A stretch of 63,645 nt of DNA, counting the filler, from Perkinsus chesapeaki ATCC PRA-425 (Eukaryota > Protista > Perkinsozoa): assembly GCA_013115145.1 (NCBI GenBank). It is 6 parts of 6 records of this genome, joined end to end, with 100 filler letters (N's around TTAATTAATTAA, not from the genome) between each part and the next. Parts side by side here need not be neighbours in the genome. Positions count along the whole stretch, not along the records: positions 61,207 to 63,645 come from JAAPAO010001604.1; 5 more parts are not named here. One strand, 5' to 3'. Position 1 is the stretch's first letter, and each line of letters begins with the position of its first letter. Below, in pieces: positions 61,207-63,645 of the stretch. The notes beneath the pieces were generated by a model. That model was not told where the DNA came from, did not search any database, and saw only the letters and a list, made by a program, of their open reading frames with translations. The translations under genes and the position numbers were made by a program.

Positions 61207-61450
61207 CCTTTGCTAATATACATTACCTTTCCTNNNNNNNNNNNNNNNNNNNNNNNNNNNNNNNNNNNNNNNNNNNNNNNNNNNNNNNNNNNNNNNNNNN
61301 NNNNNNNNNNNNNNNNNNNNNNNNNNNNNNNCCCTTGAGGTAACTCTATCCCTTGCTAATATACATTACCTTTCCTCTTGAGGTAACTCTATCCCTTGCT
61401 AATATACATTACCTTTCCTCTTGAGGTAACTCTATCCCTTGCTAATATAT
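61207..61450. repeat. 43-bp minisatellite (CCCTTGCTAATATACATTACCTTTCCTCTTGAGGTAACTCTAT), gapped
   Basis: Unit starts at 61350, 61393, 61436, plus a fragment at 61207-61233 before the N run. Confidence 0.9.
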
Positions 61451-62308
61451 AACTGTATTCCTTGCTAATTACACTCAATGGTAATCATAATTTACAACTT
61501 GTAAACTTTCCTTCTATGAAAGTCCTCCGCAGACTATACTGATTACCCGCACTGCTCGGAGATCCAGACTTCTTCATATAACACAATTAACTGTTCTCAA
61601 ACAGGAGAATATAATCAATAGCAAACAAAGAACGTAGAACATAGAACGGTTACTAGCGCAAGCTTAGGAAAGGAGACAGAGATTGTGCCACGGGATGATT
61701 GGGTGATAACAGCGATCAATACTTCAATACCGGATCTGGGGTGGCGTCTCAGTACGCCGAATTCACCTCAGCACACAGGTCTGCGTAGTACGCAGGTGAA
61801 CACAGTGGCGGTAAGCCTCCTATGAGCTTTGTGTGAGGTGTGCAGCAGAGTGTTCTAGGTAATCTCTGATAGGAGGCACATTCGAGGACCACGAACTGAT
61901 GAGGCGTGTGTCAGCTCATACTTTGAGGTGGTGCCAGCTGTTCACTGGAAATCCTAATGTTGTTTTAGCTAAGACTATTGTGTAAGCATCGTCTTCCTCG
62001 AATCATAGGCAAGGTTTTCCCAGAAAGCTTCCCTACAGAGGTGACACGCGCGGCGCTTGTCACTGTCTGTGTCTGAATTGGCGAGTTTACGCAGCAACTG
62101 AACTTCAGTTACTGTCTGAAGACCTCTCACCTGTATAACGACCGGGGCCCGTTTGTATTTATTCGTGGATCTTCTTCTGATTGGGCCAACTGTATTGATT
62201 AGGTGCTCTCACTCCATTGTACCGCTCAATCTGAAGATGTCACGGTGACACTGCCAAGTTATACACAGCAGCAGGCAGCAGTCGCTGTGGTTTGCCTCGA
62301 AGTATTTG

Positions 62309-62713
62309 ATGCTGTTCAAGTCACTGGGAGCCTCAGTACTGATTACCCGCTTCGTTGCCACGGCCGAGCATTACTGCTTAGACCGCAGCAAGTCGAGAGA
62401 AAATCAGAATTGTATACAGGTTGCATGGCCAGCTCAAAAAAACAAGTCTATTAAGGTTCAGTTTGGTGTCTATTGTGGTTCGCTTGGGTCGGAGAGTCAG
62501 CCCATGAAGTACAATCAGTCCTCTGAAACAGCCTTCAACGTTTCAAGCGACGAAGCGCACGTTTATCACGCCTACGTGAAAGATATCAAGCATATATGTG
62601 CTGGGGTTGTGGCTGTTGGCGATGACGATTTGGCTATAATATACCCAGTGGTTGATAACCTGACATTACATTTCGGTAACTGGATCACACTGACGCCTTG
62701 CTCTTGCCCTTAA
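62309..62713 (+). CDS. Small secreted protein, single exon, same family as 10050-10580
   Basis: Signal-like MLFKSLGASVLITRFVATA followed by NCIQVAW, FGVYC, VYHAYVKDIKHIC, DDDL and a terminal Cys, collinear with the 10 kb protein. Confidence 0.65.
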   Translation: MLFKSLGASVLITRFVATAEHYCLDRSKSRENQNCIQVAWPAQKNKSIKVQFGVYCGSLGSESQPMKYNQSSETAFNVSSDEAHVYHAYVKDIKHICAGVVAVGDDDLAIIYPVVDNLTLHFGNWITLTPCSCP

Positions 62714-63645
62714 TTGCTGGTCTATTGTACTATTGCTGTAATATCCCTCACACCTCTTCGCATTTGCGCTTCATTCTATTTCGGAGTGCCCTCCTGTGTA
62801 GGCTAGTTACATTCTGACCTACTGCGTGGGTGAACTCCGGTAGACGAAGTCATTGCCGCCATTTTCACCGTTTATTGTGATTCCCAGCGGGGATCACATA
62901 GCACTGCTGTGATAGCAGCCTAGTAGCCTCTCCATTCACACACTTTTTCACTGTCATTTTCACGGAGGGCTTCTCACCAACTATTGGGTTGCGCTAGTGC
63001 ATAGAGATCTCCACTGGATCACCCGAGTGGTGATAAACATCAGTCATCCATCCTTGCGCGTTCGATATACTGTAGAATACGTTGCACAAACTCATCGACG
63101 GACTTCGAACTTTGAGGTGCTACAGTTCCAGGAGCTGGCAGTAAATGCGAAGTTAATTATAACAGTTACGAATTCCTGTGAGTTCGCAGTAAACTGGGCG
63201 CCACTTCACGGAGAGGTTGAGGATGACCGCCAGCCTTAGAGGTCCACGGTTCCTTCCATAACCCGTAAGCTTCCCGTGCGACTAATGTTGTTAATACAAC
63301 TGTCGTGCCCCCACTACTACTATTAAGACCATCCATCCTTAGCTGTTAGGGGATAAAGGTCTGCATTTTCACGACCCAAGTGACGAAATTGCGCTGCAAT
63401 CCAACTTGGCATCTCTCCAATTTATCTGCACTACTTTCTTCTCTCCCTATCCCCCTGGACAATGCTGGACATTCAGGGATACTATGTGCTGCCTCCCAAC
63501 TGAGCGGTTTTTGCGGTAGATGTGTCGGCCTTGAACTCAACGAACGCAAAAAAGCGAGCAATGATAGAAACGTCAGACACGCTAATGTGATGCTGTTGTT
63601 GTCTACTATTCGCTGCTTCTATCACTGCCACTTTCAATCGAGGAA

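Overview
Intron-rich eukaryotic genomic DNA, most likely from a Perkinsus-type alveolate. This rests on the very short GT-AG introns and a 19-nt exact match to the Perkinsus spliced leader; it is an inference, not a database result. The window is a scaffold with N gaps, five of which carry an artificial TTAATTAATTAA linker. Bases 1-52 kb are a dense array of multi-exon genes: an SLC37/GlpT-type MFS transporter (partial), a class-V PLP aminotransferase, a DHHC palmitoyltransferase, a large PX-like/low-complexity protein with a 21-bp coding repeat, an intronless bestrophin, DNAAF2/kintoun flanked by two tRNA-Ile(AAT) genes, two DUF1769 paralogues, histone H2A, an NPSN-like Qb-SNARE, PP5, an ALIX/BRO1 protein, Rab2 and several hypothetical genes. 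Bases 52.4-61.5 kb are a transposon cluster (LTR pol, Mutator-like, PIF/Harbinger, minisatellite). The most notable items are missing from the ORF track: (1) a SelS/SelK-like selenoprotein gene at about 22042-22417 (-) with an in-frame UGA three codons from the end and a canonical SECIS hairpin just downstream; (2) a spliced-leader sequence lying antisense across that gene's likely start codon; (3) a highly self-complementary 335-nt element at 34279-34613 that I cannot assign to a known RNA family; (4) an H2A ending in SMEY rather than the H2A.X SQ(E/D)Y motif; (5) two divergent members of a small secreted Cys-patterned protein family. Exon boundaries and hypothetical-gene limits were read by eye and are approximate.
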